Notes under the pieces: generated by a model
The model's input: the letters and a program-made list of their open reading frames with translations, nothing else
What the model was told of the DNA's origin: nothing
Databases searched by the model: none
Shown: one piece after another, positions 27,658-40,300 of the stretch
How the letters are laid out: each line of letters opens with the position of its first letter
Numbering within the stretch: position 1 is the stretch's first letter
NCBI GenBank assembly: GCA_903856085.1
Contig: CAIOAT010000024.1
Location: 3,180-67,179, forward strand
DNA from: Candidatus Omnitrophota bacterium
GTDB lineage: Bacteria; Omnitrophota; Omnitrophia; Omnitrophales; Aquincolibacteriaceae
Length of the DNA stretch: 64,000 nucleotides
Direction: 5' to 3'
Translations under genes and position numbers: made by a program

Positions 27658-30516
27658 TTAACGACCCAACACGGACCAAACTTTCACGGAAAGTTGCCCG
27701 TGACTGAAGGGTTTTTGAAGGAAATCCGCGCCTTCCACGTCCGCAATCATTTGTTCTGAATACCCGGACATAAAGATCACTTTCAATTCAGGGAACATTT
27801 CCCGGACTCGGAGCACAAGATCTTTGCCATTCATTTTCGGCATGGTCAAATCGGTGAGCAAAAGATCAAACTTCCTCCCCGGATCTTCCGCAAGCATTCC
27901 AAGCGCCTCATCCCCTCCGCGCGCCGCGCGGACATCGTAGCCTCTTTCGCGAAGAACCTGCAGAGCGAACTCTCGAACCTGGTTTTCATCTTCGACGAGA
28001 AGGATCTTACCCCGCCCCTGCGGCAGTACTTCCAAAACCGATCTTTCCTCAAGGCCGGGCTCCGCCTTAGCTTTGGGAAGATAAATCCTAAAAGTAGTCC
28101 CTTTCTCAAGCTGACTTTCAAAGGAAATCGCACCACCTGCCTGCTCCACGATTCCATAAACGATTGAAAGCCCCAACCCTGTGTTCATCCCTTTTTTCTT
28201 AGTGGTAAAGAAAGGTTCAAAAATACGCTTCCTTAAAGCGGGATCGATCCCAACGCCAGAATCTTTGACCGTTATCCTGATAAACTCACCTTCTCTTTTT
28301 CGAGAAGGTCTGAGTTCTTCCTGGATATCTTCCATACGCACAAGATCCGTCGTAACCGTCAACACCCCGCCTTTCGGCATCGACTCCCGCGCATTCACAA
28401 AAAGATTCAAAAACACCTGCTCCATCTGCCCAGGGTCCATTTTCACGTAGCCAACATCCGCCGCGTGGTCCACCTTCAACTCGACATCGTCCCCCAGCAA
28501 TCGGGCGATCATACTCTTCATTTTCACGGTCGCTTCTGAGACCTTGATCAGCTGCGGCTTTGGAGCCTCTTTCCGGCTAAGATTGAGCAATTGCCTGACG
28601 ATCGTCGCCGCACAATCGCCCGCATCCCGTATCTGGTGTACTTTGTCAAAATAAGGATCATCCGGCTTCATCTTTGTCATGAGATAACCGCTATAGCCAT
28701 TGATCACAGTCAACATATTGTTAAAATCATGTGCAATCCCGCCCGCCAACCGACCCACCGCCTCCATTCTGAGTGAATGCCGGAGTTGCTCTTCGAGCTG
28801 GAGCCGGTAGGTGATGTCCTCTTTGACCGCGACGAAGTACGCGATCTTACCCTCATCATCACGGATCGGGGCAATGTGAGCCAATTCCGTGTATATCTCA
28901 CCGTTCTTCTTTTTATTGGAAAACTGTCCTTGCCAATCTTTCCCCTGGAGAAGCGTGTCCCAAAGATCTCTATAAAACTCCACCGGCTGTTCCCCGCTCT
29001 TTAAGATCCTTGGATTCTGGCCCAAAGCCTCCGCGGAAGAATAACCCGTGACCTCAGAAAATTTCTGGTTCACGTATTCGATCTTGCCGTCCTTATCGGT
29101 GATCACGATACAGCTCGGACTTTGCTCCACAGCCTCAGACAGTTGCCGGATCTTACTTTCTATTTTCTTAAGCTCGGTCAAATCTCTCCAGAGACAATGG
29201 AGAATATTCTTGCCATGAACAACCACGGGTGTGAGGGAAACTTCCACCGGAAAATCCTCCCCATCGGCTTTTCTGTGAACCCACTCAAATCGGTGAAACC
29301 CCTGCTCAAAAGCAAGCTTCATCATCTCATTGGCCTTAACAAAAGAACTCTGCCCGTCGGGTTGGACAGGAGGCGACAGCTCCGCGGGATGCTTCATCAA
29401 AAATTCTGCCCGGGTGGAATATCCGAGCATGTGAGCTGTGGCCTCGTTGCAATCCACAAAATTCTCACCGTCAATAAGAAGGATGGCATCTCGGGAAACA
29501 TAAAGAACGTCCATGAATCGCTTTTCACTCTCCTGCAATGCTGCCTCCGCGCGCTTACGCTCGGTGATATCTTGGGAGATCCCTGTGAGCCGCACAGCCT
29601 TGTTGTTTACGTCTCGCTGGATATGCCCCCGGGATAAAATAACGCGCGATTCTCCATCCTGCCGGGTGATTCGCAACTCCAACTCATAATCTTCTCCCGT
29701 CTGCTCGGATTTCTTGATCGCAGCCGTCATTGTTTTCCAGTCCTCCGGATGCGTCCTCTTTTCGCATTCCTGAAAAGTTGGCACTGCCCCCTCAGGATCC
29801 ATGCCATAGATACGAAACATTTCATCGGAAAAGGAGACCTGTTCGGTTTGAAGATCAAGCACCCAACTCCCCACATGAGAAACGCGCTGCGCGTCCTTAA
29901 GCTGAATCTCGCTTGCCGTGATTGCTTCCTCGGCACGCTTTCGAAGGGTCATGTCCATAATAACCCCAACAATCCCTTGCACTTCCCCGGACGCCCCGGT
30001 AAAAGTTGCCTTATGAAACATGATGCTTCTGGACTCACCCGCCGCATTCGTGATCGCTGCCTCATAGACTTGAATGCCCGGAAGAGCAAAAAGATTCGCA
30101 TCTTTCTCAATATAAATTTTGGCGATCTCGGGCGAAAAAAGCTCCTCAACTTTTTTCCCAATAAGCTCTTTTTGCGATATTCCAAAAAACGCTTCGAAGG
30201 CCCTGTTGCAGCCGATATAAACCCCCGAGACGTCCTTATAGAAAACCGGAACGGGGATAGAATCCATGAGTTTCTGTAAGAACAGGGATTTCTCCAAGCT
30301 CACCGCCTCGATCAATTTGCGCTCTTGAATTTCCCTGTCCAGATTTTCGATGGAAGTAGTTTTATTCTTAATATTTTGAGCCATCGCTTCAAAATCTCTG
30401 GCAAGCAACCCGAACTCATCCTGGGAAACGATCTCGACTTTCGAATCGAAGTCACCTTCTGAAAAACGATCTGCAACGCGACGAAGCTTCTCCAGAGGAC
30501 GGGAGAACGATCTTGT
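27658..30516 (-). CDS. Hybrid sensor kinase HAMP-PASx4-HisKA-HATPase-REC, apparently 5'-truncated
   Basis: GIAHDFNN H-box, EPFFTTK, GLGL and a C-terminal REC domain. The frame continues upstream of the called TTG 30408 through a full HAMP domain to a TGA at 30517-30519. Confidence 0.85.
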   Translation of the reverse strand, partial: TRSFSRPLEKLRRVADRFSEGDFDSKVEIVSQDEFGLLARDFEAMAQNIKNKTTSIENLDREIQERKLIEAVSLEKSLFLQKLMDSIPVPVFYKDVSGVYIGCNRAFEAFFGISQKELIGKKVEELFSPEIAKIYIEKDANLFALPGIQVYEAAITNAAGESRSIMFHKATFTGASGEVQGIVGVIMDMTLRKRAEEAITASEIQLKDAQRVSHVGSWVLDLQTEQVSFSDEMFRIYGMDPEGAVPTFQECEKRTHPEDWKTMTAAIKKSEQTGEDYELELRITRQDGESRVILSRGHIQRDVNNKAVRLTGISQDITERKRAEAALQESEKRFMDVLYVSRDAILLIDGENFVDCNEATAHMLGYSTRAEFLMKHPAELSPPVQPDGQSSFVKANEMMKLAFEQGFHRFEWVHRKADGEDFPVEVSLTPVVVHGKNILHCLWRDLTELKKIESKIRQLSEAVEQSPSCIVITDKDGKIEYVNQKFSEVTGYSSAEALGQNPRILKSGEQPVEFYRDLWDTLLQGKDWQGQFSNKKKNGEIYTELAHIAPIRDDEGKIAYFVAVKEDITYRLQLEEQLRHSLRMEAVGRLAGGIAHDFNNMLTVINGYSGYLMTKMKPDDPYFDKVHQIRDAGDCAATIVRQLLNLSRKEAPKPQLIKVSEATVKMKSMIARLLGDDVELKVDHAADVGYVKMDPGQMEQVFLNLFVNARESMPKGGVLTVTTDLVRMEDIQEELRPSRKREGEFIRITVKDSGVGIDPALRKRIFEPFFTTKKKGMNTGLGLSIVYGIVEQAGGAISFESQLEKGTTFRIYLPKAKAEPGLEERSVLEVLPQGRGKILLVEDENQVREFALQVLRERGYDVRAARGGDEALGMLAEDPGRKFDLLLTDLTMPKMNGKDLVLRVREMFPELKVIFMSGYSEQMIADVEGADFLQKPFSHGQLSVKVWSVLGR

Positions 30517-30721
30517 TCAAAATCAAGCTCCTTCATTTTATCTATGCAAATGGCGCCACGCCCGATATGATAGCAACGTTTTTTGGAACCCGACACAATA
30601 AAACTGCTTGGGATTTATGAAACAAACTCCTGCAAGTCAGAAAATGCAGCACGCCGCATCCTCCCCAAGGGAATTTCCCAGGAGCTCCTGGCTTACGCCG
30701 AAGCAAATTCCCGCGAAGTCG

Positions 30722-33700
30722 ATGCAGAGACTTATCCTCACCTGCTTTTTTATCTCCGGAGCGTGCGGGCTCGTCTACGAGGTCGCCTGGCTCCGTGTCA
30801 TGGGACTCATTTTCGGCAATACCACGTTCGCCACGAGCACGGTACTGGCCGGCTACATGGCCGGTCTCGGCCTCGGAGCACTTTGGTGGGGTAAACGGAT
30901 TGACAAGGGCGGCAACCCGGTCAGAATCTATGCAAATCTAGAGGTTGGCATCGGTGTCTTCGCGTTGCTCACGCCGCTTATTTGGATACTTATTGACCTT
31001 TTAACGATCGGTTTTTACCGGTTCGTTTCTCCCGCATTTTTTTCCGCTCTTTTATTCAAATTCCTGCTCGCGTTCACAGCCCTCCTCATCCCGACGTTTC
31101 TCATGGGTGCGACACTCCCGGTCCTCTCAAAATACTTCGTCACCAAAGACGATGAGATTGCAAAACAAGTGGGACTTCTCTACGGGCTTAATACCTTGGG
31201 AGCCGTCCTGGGCGTACTCTTCAGCGGATTCATTGCACTTCAAACCTTCGGCGTCTGGCAAACGGTTTACCTGACCGGTTTTTTCAATCTGGTTATTTTT
31301 TGTCTCTGCCGGCGTTTCTTCGCTTCTCCCGAGGCGAACCCCCCGGTTATAAACAAGAAAATAGCACCTTTAAAAAATCCGGTGAGTCCCTCCCCTTCCG
31401 CCGCAGAGCAATCCTCTTTCTCACCGGCTGTCACATGGATCTTGCTTGCCGCGTTCGCGATCTCAGGCGCCGTCTCCATGATGTACGAGATCGCCTGGAC
31501 GCGCGTACTCGCCATGTCGCTGGGTAGTTCCGTCTATGCCTTCTCGCTCATGCTCGCGACTTTTCTTCTAGGCATTTCCATCGGCAGTTATTTATTCAGT
31601 CGCTTTTCGCATTTCTTCCGGACGAACCTGCAAACCTTCGCGATCCTACAACTGCTAACCGCGCTCTTTGGTCTTGGGGGCATCAACGTCTTTAATGATA
31701 TGCCTTATTATTTCGTCAGGATCTTCGCCGCCTCCCACAACTCCGACTTTTTACTGCAAGTCGGAAGGTTCTTCCTCTGCTCGATTGTCATGCTCCCGCC
31801 AACCCTCATGATCGGCGCCATGTTCTCGTGCTTCATCCACATCCTCCGCCGCTCACGACCTCTCGGAAGCGAGATCGGAGAAGCCTATTTTGCCAACACG
31901 ATCGGCACCATCCTCGGTTCCGTGCTAACAGGATTTTGTATCATTCCGCTCGTGGGAATCCAGCATACGCTTCTAATCGCCGCAGGGCTCAATGCCACAA
32001 TCGGTGCCTTGGCCTTCTTTCTTCAAAAAGAGCGGCTTAATTGGAAGCGTTACAGTATTCTCGCACTGACCGTCCTACTTCTTGCTTTCGGAATTCTCAC
32101 GATTCGCCCATGGAACCAAGGTTTCATCTCAAGCGAGCTGGCCGTCAAACCCGCCCCTGCCATCGGCATGACAAAGAACCAACTGCTCAATTCCATGAAA
32201 GAACAAGAGTTGGTCTTTTACAAGGAAGGACTGAGTGCAACGGTCGCAGTGAAACGGCTCCGCGATGATCTTTCGATGTCGGTCAACGGCAAGATCGACG
32301 CCTCGAATAAAGACACCTTCACACAATTTCTGCTGGGGCATCTTCCGATGGCACTTCACCCGAATCCGAAAAATGTATGCGTGATTGGTCTCGGGAGTGG
32401 TTCGACGGCCGCGGCCGTAGCTTCGTATCCAGTCGAGCACATCGACGTCGTCGAGCTTGAAAAAGAGGTCGTGAAGGCCGCAAGTTATTTCAAGGAATTG
32501 AACCGCAATGTCCTCGCCGACCCGCGCCTGAAAATCCATATCAATGACGGCCGGAATTTCCTCCTCCTCGATCCCACCCGATACGACGTCATTATTTCCG
32601 AGCCTTCGAACCCGTGGATGGCCGGTGTCGCAAACCTCTTTTCAATCGAACATTACAGGACCATGAAAAAGCGACTTGCCCCCGGCGGCATCGTCTGTCA
32701 ATGGCTACACGCTTACAGCATGTCTCCCGAGGATCTTCGCATGATCATCCGGACGTTCTCGGAAGTGTACCCGAACATCAGTCTTTGGACCTCGTATTAT
32801 CCGGATCTGATGCTCATCGGATCGAATGAGCCTCTCACACTTGACATGAAAAATTTCGAGAGGGCCTTCAAGATCCCAACGGTACGCGAAGACCTCGAAC
32901 CCAACGGCATCCGAAGCCCGATGGGATTTCTTTCAAACGCCTGGCTTTTTGATCCGGCCCTGCGGCTTCTAGCCCAAGACGCCAAGATCAACTCGGACAA
33001 TCATCCTTATCTTGAATTCTCTGCACCGCGAAACCTTTATAAAAACACCCTTCTCGAAAACTTTACGCTCCTGAACACACTCCGCAAATTTGAAGAGTTC
33101 CCCAAGGTTAAGGATCTCGAACCTCCGCAGGAAAAAAATGTCCTTTTTTATAATGCCCTGACTCGCGGATATCTTGCCAAACGTTTTAACGCCAATGCCG
33201 AATGGTCCCTGAGCAAAGCTGACAAGATCGATCCGGCAAACCTTGAAACCGCACTTTTAAGCGGCATTTTTTATTATCAGATCGGCGCCAAAGACAAAGC
33301 CAAGGAGATCCTCACGCAGGCGGTCGCAATCAACCCCTCTTCGGCTGAAACACAAGAGTATTTTGGATCAGCACTCCAGGATCTTGGGCAAATCCCCGGG
33401 GCGATCGAGGCTTTTCAAAAGGCTTCGGATCTTGCCCCCGAGAATATCCCCTACCTGGTCACACTCGCAAACGCACTCCTCAAGGCCGATCAAAATTTGC
33501 GGGCGCTTCAATGTTTCAATAAAGCTCTGGCGGCCCGGCCCGATGATTTTGACAGCTGGGTCAAGAAAGCCATGCTCGTCATGAATATGGGAACTTTGGA
33601 AGAAAAAACAAGGGTGACAAACAACATTCTCTTGCGATATCCCCGCTTCATGGGCGGCTACGAATGGTTGGGTGATCTTTTAGAAAAAAGCGGCCGGTCG

Positions 33701-33892
33701 GAAGAGGCCCTCGCGGTCTACCAGAAAATGGCCGGCATTTTCCCCAACGAATCCACGCCCTTCATCAATCTCGCACGCGCCAGCGACAATCTGGGACGTC
33801 CTCAGGACATGAAAAAATACCTGGCAAAAGCCGCCCGTCTCAATCCCGCCCTGGCCGATAATCCGGCCATCCAAAAGATTCTGCGCTCTTAA
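30722..33892 (+). CDS. Fused MFS-like/spermidine synthase-like membrane protein with C-terminal TPRs
   Basis: FFISGACGLVYEVAW duplicated TM halves, VIGLGSG, DGRNFL, DVIISEPSNPW and TPR helices. Likely start is ATG 30722. Confidence 0.88.
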   Translation: MQRLILTCFFISGACGLVYEVAWLRVMGLIFGNTTFATSTVLAGYMAGLGLGALWWGKRIDKGGNPVRIYANLEVGIGVFALLTPLIWILIDLLTIGFYRFVSPAFFSALLFKFLLAFTALLIPTFLMGATLPVLSKYFVTKDDEIAKQVGLLYGLNTLGAVLGVLFSGFIALQTFGVWQTVYLTGFFNLVIFCLCRRFFASPEANPPVINKKIAPLKNPVSPSPSAAEQSSFSPAVTWILLAAFAISGAVSMMYEIAWTRVLAMSLGSSVYAFSLMLATFLLGISIGSYLFSRFSHFFRTNLQTFAILQLLTALFGLGGINVFNDMPYYFVRIFAASHNSDFLLQVGRFFLCSIVMLPPTLMIGAMFSCFIHILRRSRPLGSEIGEAYFANTIGTILGSVLTGFCIIPLVGIQHTLLIAAGLNATIGALAFFLQKERLNWKRYSILALTVLLLAFGILTIRPWNQGFISSELAVKPAPAIGMTKNQLLNSMKEQELVFYKEGLSATVAVKRLRDDLSMSVNGKIDASNKDTFTQFLLGHLPMALHPNPKNVCVIGLGSGSTAAAVASYPVEHIDVVELEKEVVKAASYFKELNRNVLADPRLKIHINDGRNFLLLDPTRYDVIISEPSNPWMAGVANLFSIEHYRTMKKRLAPGGIVCQWLHAYSMSPEDLRMIIRTFSEVYPNISLWTSYYPDLMLIGSNEPLTLDMKNFERAFKIPTVREDLEPNGIRSPMGFLSNAWLFDPALRLLAQDAKINSDNHPYLEFSAPRNLYKNTLLENFTLLNTLRKFEEFPKVKDLEPPQEKNVLFYNALTRGYLAKRFNANAEWSLSKADKIDPANLETALLSGIFYYQIGAKDKAKEILTQAVAINPSSAETQEYFGSALQDLGQIPGAIEAFQKASDLAPENIPYLVTLANALLKADQNLRALQCFNKALAARPDDFDSWVKKAMLVMNMGTLEEKTRVTNNILLRYPRFMGGYEWLGDLLEKSGRSEEALAVYQKMAGIFPNESTPFINLARASDNLGRPQDMKKYLAKAARLNPALADNPAIQKILRS

Positions 33893-34170
33893 ACATCCTC
33901 TAAGTTCTCGAGATATTTAAAAGGGGTTCTGAAAGAGACTTGTACGTAACACCCATTAAATTCTTTATACGAAACGATGATTCTGATATAAAATCGCCAA
34001 TCGTGACCTGGAAGTTTTCACTCATTAAGATAAGCCATCCGTAGTCTGGGACAGAGTTTCAGAGGTCATTGTAAAAGCGGCTTCGTCTTAAAGAACGACA
34101 AGACAATAAGAATTTCGGAATTCCATAGCTAAGGTCGAAGTATTTGGGCTGGCGTCATATCCACATACAA

Positions 34171-34244
<74 letters not shown>

Positions 34245-34310
34245 CTTTTTTATTTTCGGGATTATCGAAATCGCCGCAAAAGTCATCTGCTCCATTAAAC
34301 CGCTATAAAT

Positions 34311-34349
34311 AAAAAAGACCCGGCGACGATCACCTCGTCACCGGGTCTT
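34311..34349 (-). terminator. Intrinsic terminator after the GH94 gene
   Basis: AAGACCCGG.GACGA/TCGTC.CCGGGTCTT stem with a T-tract on the minus strand. Confidence 0.8.
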
Positions 34350-34392
34350 ATGAGCTCTACCTTATTCGCCTTAGGTTCCCACTGCCTGGAAA

Positions 34393-37300
34393 TTAAAGAG
34401 GCTTGGGCCTGATCGGACTCTTGGACACGTCCCGAGTCACGCTGATCACTTTAAGCGCGCCGCGAGGTTTATCCAGATCATTCGGAAGCACGAGTTTGTT
34501 TTTTACGACGAGTGCTCCGACCACACCTTCCATCGCCTGCCGTAACATCCAGCCGGCAGCTCCGGTGTATCCGTGCCAGATCATACGACCCGGTTCAAAC
34601 GTGGTCAAAATATCGGCCGACTGCTTATTGGGTTGACCGCCATAGATCTCAATTTCATGCATATGCGCGATCGGCGAGACCTTAAGCCACAACCGGTACG
34701 CGGTCTCGCGATATTTCTCTGCGTTCGCCTGATCCCCACGCTTTTCGTATTCTTCCGCCAAGAGACGCGCCGCTCTTACGAGCCACTGCACGCCGTGACA
34801 ATACATACCGTTCTCCCGAACGCCTTCCGGATATTTGCTGCTGCGTCCCAGATACGGTTTTGTGTCTTCGCGCAAGGCCGGCCACCCGAGCAGGATTGCG
34901 TTGTCCTTCTCAAGAACCTGCAAGGCCGTGTTGAAGATCGTCACGCCACGCTCGAAATTGATACCCGACATGACCGACCAGGCCGCGGTCAGGGCATCGA
35001 TCTCCCACACCCCGCTGCCCTTCACACCGATCTCGGTCCCGTCATCGTGAAAAGCACGCAGATACCGGTCGCCGCGCCACGTTTTTTCAAGGGCCACTTT
35101 CAGGGCTTCCATTTTTTTTACGTAATACGCTTTTTTCGCATCGCCTTCTTTTTGGCCGATGATATCAACCATCTCTTTCAAGATGTAGTAGAGGAAGAAG
35201 CCGAGCCAAACGCTCTCGCCATGGCCTTCGCTCCCGATCTCATCCAATCCATCATTCCAGTCGCCGACCCCCATGAGCGGCAGGCCATTCTTGCCTGAAC
35301 GCTGTTTGATCACAAGATCGATCGACTTCATGCAATGCTTATAGAGTGTATCCGCACGCGTCGTCCGGTGATACAAATGTCCCCAGCCTTGTTTGTTCTT
35401 CGGCAAAGGCGCAAATGGAAACTCCGAGATCAGATAGGCCGCCATTTCATCCAGGATCGTCTGGTCCCCCGTCGCCCGGACATATTCGGCGGCGCCCCAC
35501 GCCAGCCAAAGCGGGTTGTCGGAAGCATGAGACCGGCATGAGAACGACGTGCGTCCATCGGTCAGCGTGAAGAACCAGTGGTTCACATCGCCTTCCACGA
35601 ATTGCTGGGACGCATGCAAAAGGATCTGTTTGCGCGCCAGAGCCGGATCCACCCAGATCAGGTTCACAGTATCCTGGAGCTGGTCGCGGAAACCGAAAGC
35701 ACCGCTCGTCTGATAGAACCCGCGCCGTGCCCAAATACGCTCGGCCAACGCCTGATACTTTAGCCAGTTCTGATACCGGTCGAACTCCGGCTGATTGGTT
35801 TCGACCTTGACCGTTCCCATCAACCCGAGCCACCACTGGCGGGTTCCCTCAAGCTCCTTGCGAACGGTCTCGAGGTTTTTATACTTCTGAACCAAGGTGA
35901 CCGCTTTTTTGTGATCTTCGGCCTGGCCCAGCACGATGGCGACTGTACATTCGCCATGAGCCGGGATCTCAACGGTCCCCACAAAACCCGCGATCTGTCC
36001 GTCATCGGTCAACTGTGTCGCATCCGGTCCGGCATTTTCCACCATGAAAGGACGTTTGACGCCACGACCCGATCCGAAGAAACGGCCGCGCTTTGTCTCC
36101 ACACAGTCTGCGGGAATCGACATGGAAGCGAACGCCCATCCGGAACGGAAGATATTGCGACAATTCGCGAAATACAAGGCATCCGAAGCCTTATCGTGAC
36201 GCATTTCAAGCGGTCCCGATCGCTCCGGCTGGAAGGAAAGCACCATCTGAAAATATGGCGCGATCCTCATGCGGCGAGGCTTATCCTCGTCATTTTTCAG
36301 CGTCAGCAAATACACACCGAGCGGATCCTCGGGCGGCACATAAACGGTCAACTGCGAAGAAAGATTCCCATCCTTCATGCGGAAGATCGCCGTCCCGTCC
36401 ACACTGAACTCCGACTCGTGCTTGGCATTATTGTCATTCAAAGGCTGGTAGGTCGGCGAATACCATTCGTCACGATCCGGATCATAAAGATAGATCGCTT
36501 CCGTCGGTGTTTCCTTCGTCACCGTATCCGGCCAATCCGGCGTCAAACGGTTCTGTTGGGAATTCCCGTTGCACGAGGTGTGAAGCCCACGGTTCGTCAC
36601 CATCGTCGAATGGACCGCATTCGACATCGCATGGTCAAAAGGACGCGGCGTATAAGGCGTCAACACCTTCAATTTGTTGCCGTTATCCAGATATTCGTAA
36701 TAAGGTTGCGGCGTTCCCGGCGGAATCTCTCCGTGACCGATCAAAAGCGATCGGTGCTTCTTTTCCGAAAGCACTGCGCCCTGCGCCGGGTTCGGTTTGA
36801 GATATTTCGCGATCATCTCAAGCGCCACCTTCTTGTTCTTGGAATAACCGATCATCAGGCGCACCGTCGCGGTCGCCTTGGGCGCGACAAGAGCGTTCAC
36901 CATCAAACTGCCGATCGGATCGAACGTCGGATAGGCCGCCGTATCTTTGGCCGGCAAAAAATCCAGCGTTTCAAGACTGCGCGGCGCCCAAAGACTCTGA
37001 CCGCGGCCGATGAAATCCACACGTCCGGAGTGAAAACCTTCCGGTGCTACATCCGAGGCCAAAAGCCCCATAGATTTCGTGCTCTTCTGCCACGACAAGA
37101 TCGCATTCGATCCGGCCACGTATTCCATTTCCGGGTACAAACGCGCATACTGCGTGTGGAAACGATCATGCAGGCCGCCGTTTAAAACCCACTCGAGGTA
37201 CGGAACGACCTTGAGTTGCCGCGACCTTTCGGTCAGGTTCTCGATCGTGATCTTCCAAAGTTCTGCCGTGCTGTCCATATCCGGAAGACTGATCTCGATC

Positions 37301-40300
37301 GTGGTCTTCACGCCATGGTTCGTGTTTGTAACTTTCAGGACATCGTCACAACGCTCCACCCGGGACGCCTCAAACTGCTCGGTTGGAAAATTTCCTGCGA
37401 CCGGCCAAGCCTGGGATTTTCCGTCCGGACCCGCCGCCGTGTCCAAGAGAAAGAGGACTCGACCGCAAGGATCAATCTGATCATATGAACGGCGGCTGAT
37501 ATCACATTCCTTGCCGAGGAGTTCGCTGTAAATTTCACCGTTTTCCTTGGCCACTACTTTGTATTCGCGGTTCGCCAATTCACTACTTTGGATGCGGCGT
37601 GCGCGAGACCTGCGCCGCAGCAAGCGGATCACGAATGAAAATCCCGTACAAACCAGGATACACAAACCAATGAGAACCAGCATTTGCGGCAACGATAGAG
37701 AATGTAAGTATGGGATCAACCCTTTTCCTCTTGCGGCATTTTGGAGCTTCTCGGCCGAACTCCACACTTCATCCCACTGCTCGCCGCGCGGGATGTAAAA
37801 AGGGATCAAGAGCGGGGCCCATGTCGCGAACCGCTTCACGCCTTCAGGGATGTACCGTTGTGCTGCCGCCTTGCCAATGAATTTCGAGACTTTCTCATCC
37901 AGCTTATCCATGCCGAGAAAACTCAAATTCACCAGCGTTGCGACGCGCAGTCCCATGTGATCCATCCAGATCAGGATCCGGAACGCATCGAACGCCAGGA
38001 TCCAGATGAACATCTTGAGACTCCAGGCCACGAACGCAGGCGCTGACATCGTGATATTGTTGTAAATGGCAAAAAGCGTCCGGATCGCACCGTCCTGGTT
38101 GTACCAAGTCGGGTTCGGCATCATGCGAAGGAACGTATAAATGATCGGAGACATCCAGAGACCCCACCGCAGCACATGGATCATCAGCTCGCTTAACTGG
38201 GCCAGGCCCGCTTTCGAAAAGAAAAATTTGATCGGCGTTTTATCTTTATCAAAGAACGCCTGCATGAACACCTTGTTCACGGCAAAGAGCCACGTAGCCA
38301 CCGACCATTTGATGACGCCATCCAACGACTCGGTAAAAAGCAATTTGACGCCGCCCGGACAATACCCCAAGTCCATTTGACCCCATTTACTGATCAAGAC
38401 CGGCTGGACGTAATGTCCCAGGGAATTCAAATAGGGATAGGTTGTTGTGGACATTTCTCCCAGCGAATTGAAAGCGGGATACGACGCATATTGCGCCGCG
38501 GAAAAATGAGCGGTGACATAAAGCTTGAATTTATAGAGAATGACCGCGACCTGCGGAACATCCATATAAAAAGCAACGGCACTCCCGAGAAAAACGCCGA
38601 GAAGTGAATCGACAAAATAAAGCCGCCAGGACTGAACCTTCCCGCAGCCCCGTGAGGCATAGTACACATCCCTCAGAAAACTTATGCCGCCCGAGGCCAT
38701 CAGACCGATCAAAAGGCCAACGAGAACCCGCTCCGGCATCGCTTTTCCGATGTAACCTTGTGCGAGCAGATAGGCAAAACCGAATCCGGCGACGGCTCCT
38801 CGAGCATAAAGCGTTTTGCTGCGATAGCTGTAGCGCGTCCGTTCAAAGAACGGGAGACTGCCATCAAAGGTCTCGATAATGGTCTTCACGAACGGAAACA
38901 CCAGAGCCCCAGCGAGGGTCCCGATCACATAAGGAAAGGAAGCCATGAATTTGAGCCCCGCAGGAGCTGCAAAGATCATGGAAAGCGCGTAGAGGATTGC
39001 CATCAGGATGCCGCTGTAGGCCATGCCTTTTTTCATGCCGGTCGTAACATTCTTAAAAATGTTGTCCTCGGAAGGCGCGATACGCTTGCCGCCATCCAGA
39101 AGGATCCCGGTAATAAGATAAATTTCTCCCCACAATCCGCCGAAAGAAAGCGCCGTCGCCAGAACAGAAATAAGAGCCCTCAATACCTCCGGCAATCCGG
39201 CCACCCCGGAGAGCGATCCCAAATTAGCAATGGAGGGAGCTAACACTACCCCTAAAGAAATCAGCAGCAGGAACAAATGAGCCTTGACCGTCTGAAGTAA
39301 CTTCCCTTTTGTCACGTACCCGATCCCGGCGGCAAGAAGTTCGTTGAAGACGAACACGACCAAAAGCCTGCCAATGCCCTCGAGAAGCGCGGGCCACGCG
39401 GCCAAAAGTCCAAACGTAGCGCTGTAGGTCATGCTCTGCAAGAGAGTCACGTTTTCCAAAAGAAGCAGCCAACCTACGAGGTACGGCGTCCCCACGATTA
39501 AAGCTCCGGGGACCGTCTTCAAATTTTTTCCGGACGAAGCGAACTCATGGGCATTGAAGATCTGATAGATCAAGAACGCGACCGTGGCCGTGAGCTTATT
39601 GATCATGAGCAGGTGGCTCCACATCGTGGGAGCCTGCAAGAGTTCCAAGCGGCTTGAGGATGCCGCGAGAATTCCAGTCACTAGGACATTCTGGAAAACC
39701 TCAACCGGCGTCAGATGTTTTCCAGTGAATTGATGCTTCAAACATTCCGCGATCAAGGCCCCCACCACTCCCGCGATAAGAATGCCCGTCATAGAACCCA
39801 GGCTTAAAATCTCTGCGGCCCCTAGCGCATAAATCCCTACCGCCGTCCCCAGGATCAATACGGTGATAGCGCCGTAGAGAAAATCCTTTTTAAGCCTCGC
39901 TAGGATCGAGGTTTCTTTCGGGGAAACAATATCAGGACCTTTGTCGCTTGCCGACCGAGACTGAACCCCCACCCGATTTTGGCCAGAGAGTTTGCTCGCG
40001 AACGCGGCCAAAAGCGCCAAAAGGAATGCGAGAATAAGGATCGATCCGAATTTTATAGCGATAAGGTATTTCTTGAAAAACGTGGTCTTACAGAAATCAA
40101 ACCCAAGATACAAGGTTCCCTTGATGGAATTCGCGTGACCTTTGGGGCTGATAATGAAGTTCACTTCTTTGAGTTCACCGATCTCCTTCCAGTGAATTGA
40201 TTTCTGGATCGCATTCCAGCCCGGCTTCAGACAGAGCGGAATCATCTGGGTATTCGCCGACCCGATCACCTCTGCATTGATCGAGAGCTGGTTAAGCTGA

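Noticed and set aside
34100-34168. Minus-strand GYDASPNTSTLAMEF, reminiscent of a KTSC domain
   Set aside because: Too short, no start codon, and the similarity is lost immediately afterwards.
34573-37185. Long plus-strand ORFs (e.g. 35911..37185, 34573..35298) and similar antisense ORFs elsewhere (42343..43362, 60760..61602)
   Set aside because: They are shadow frames opposite well-supported genes and contain no recognisable motifs.
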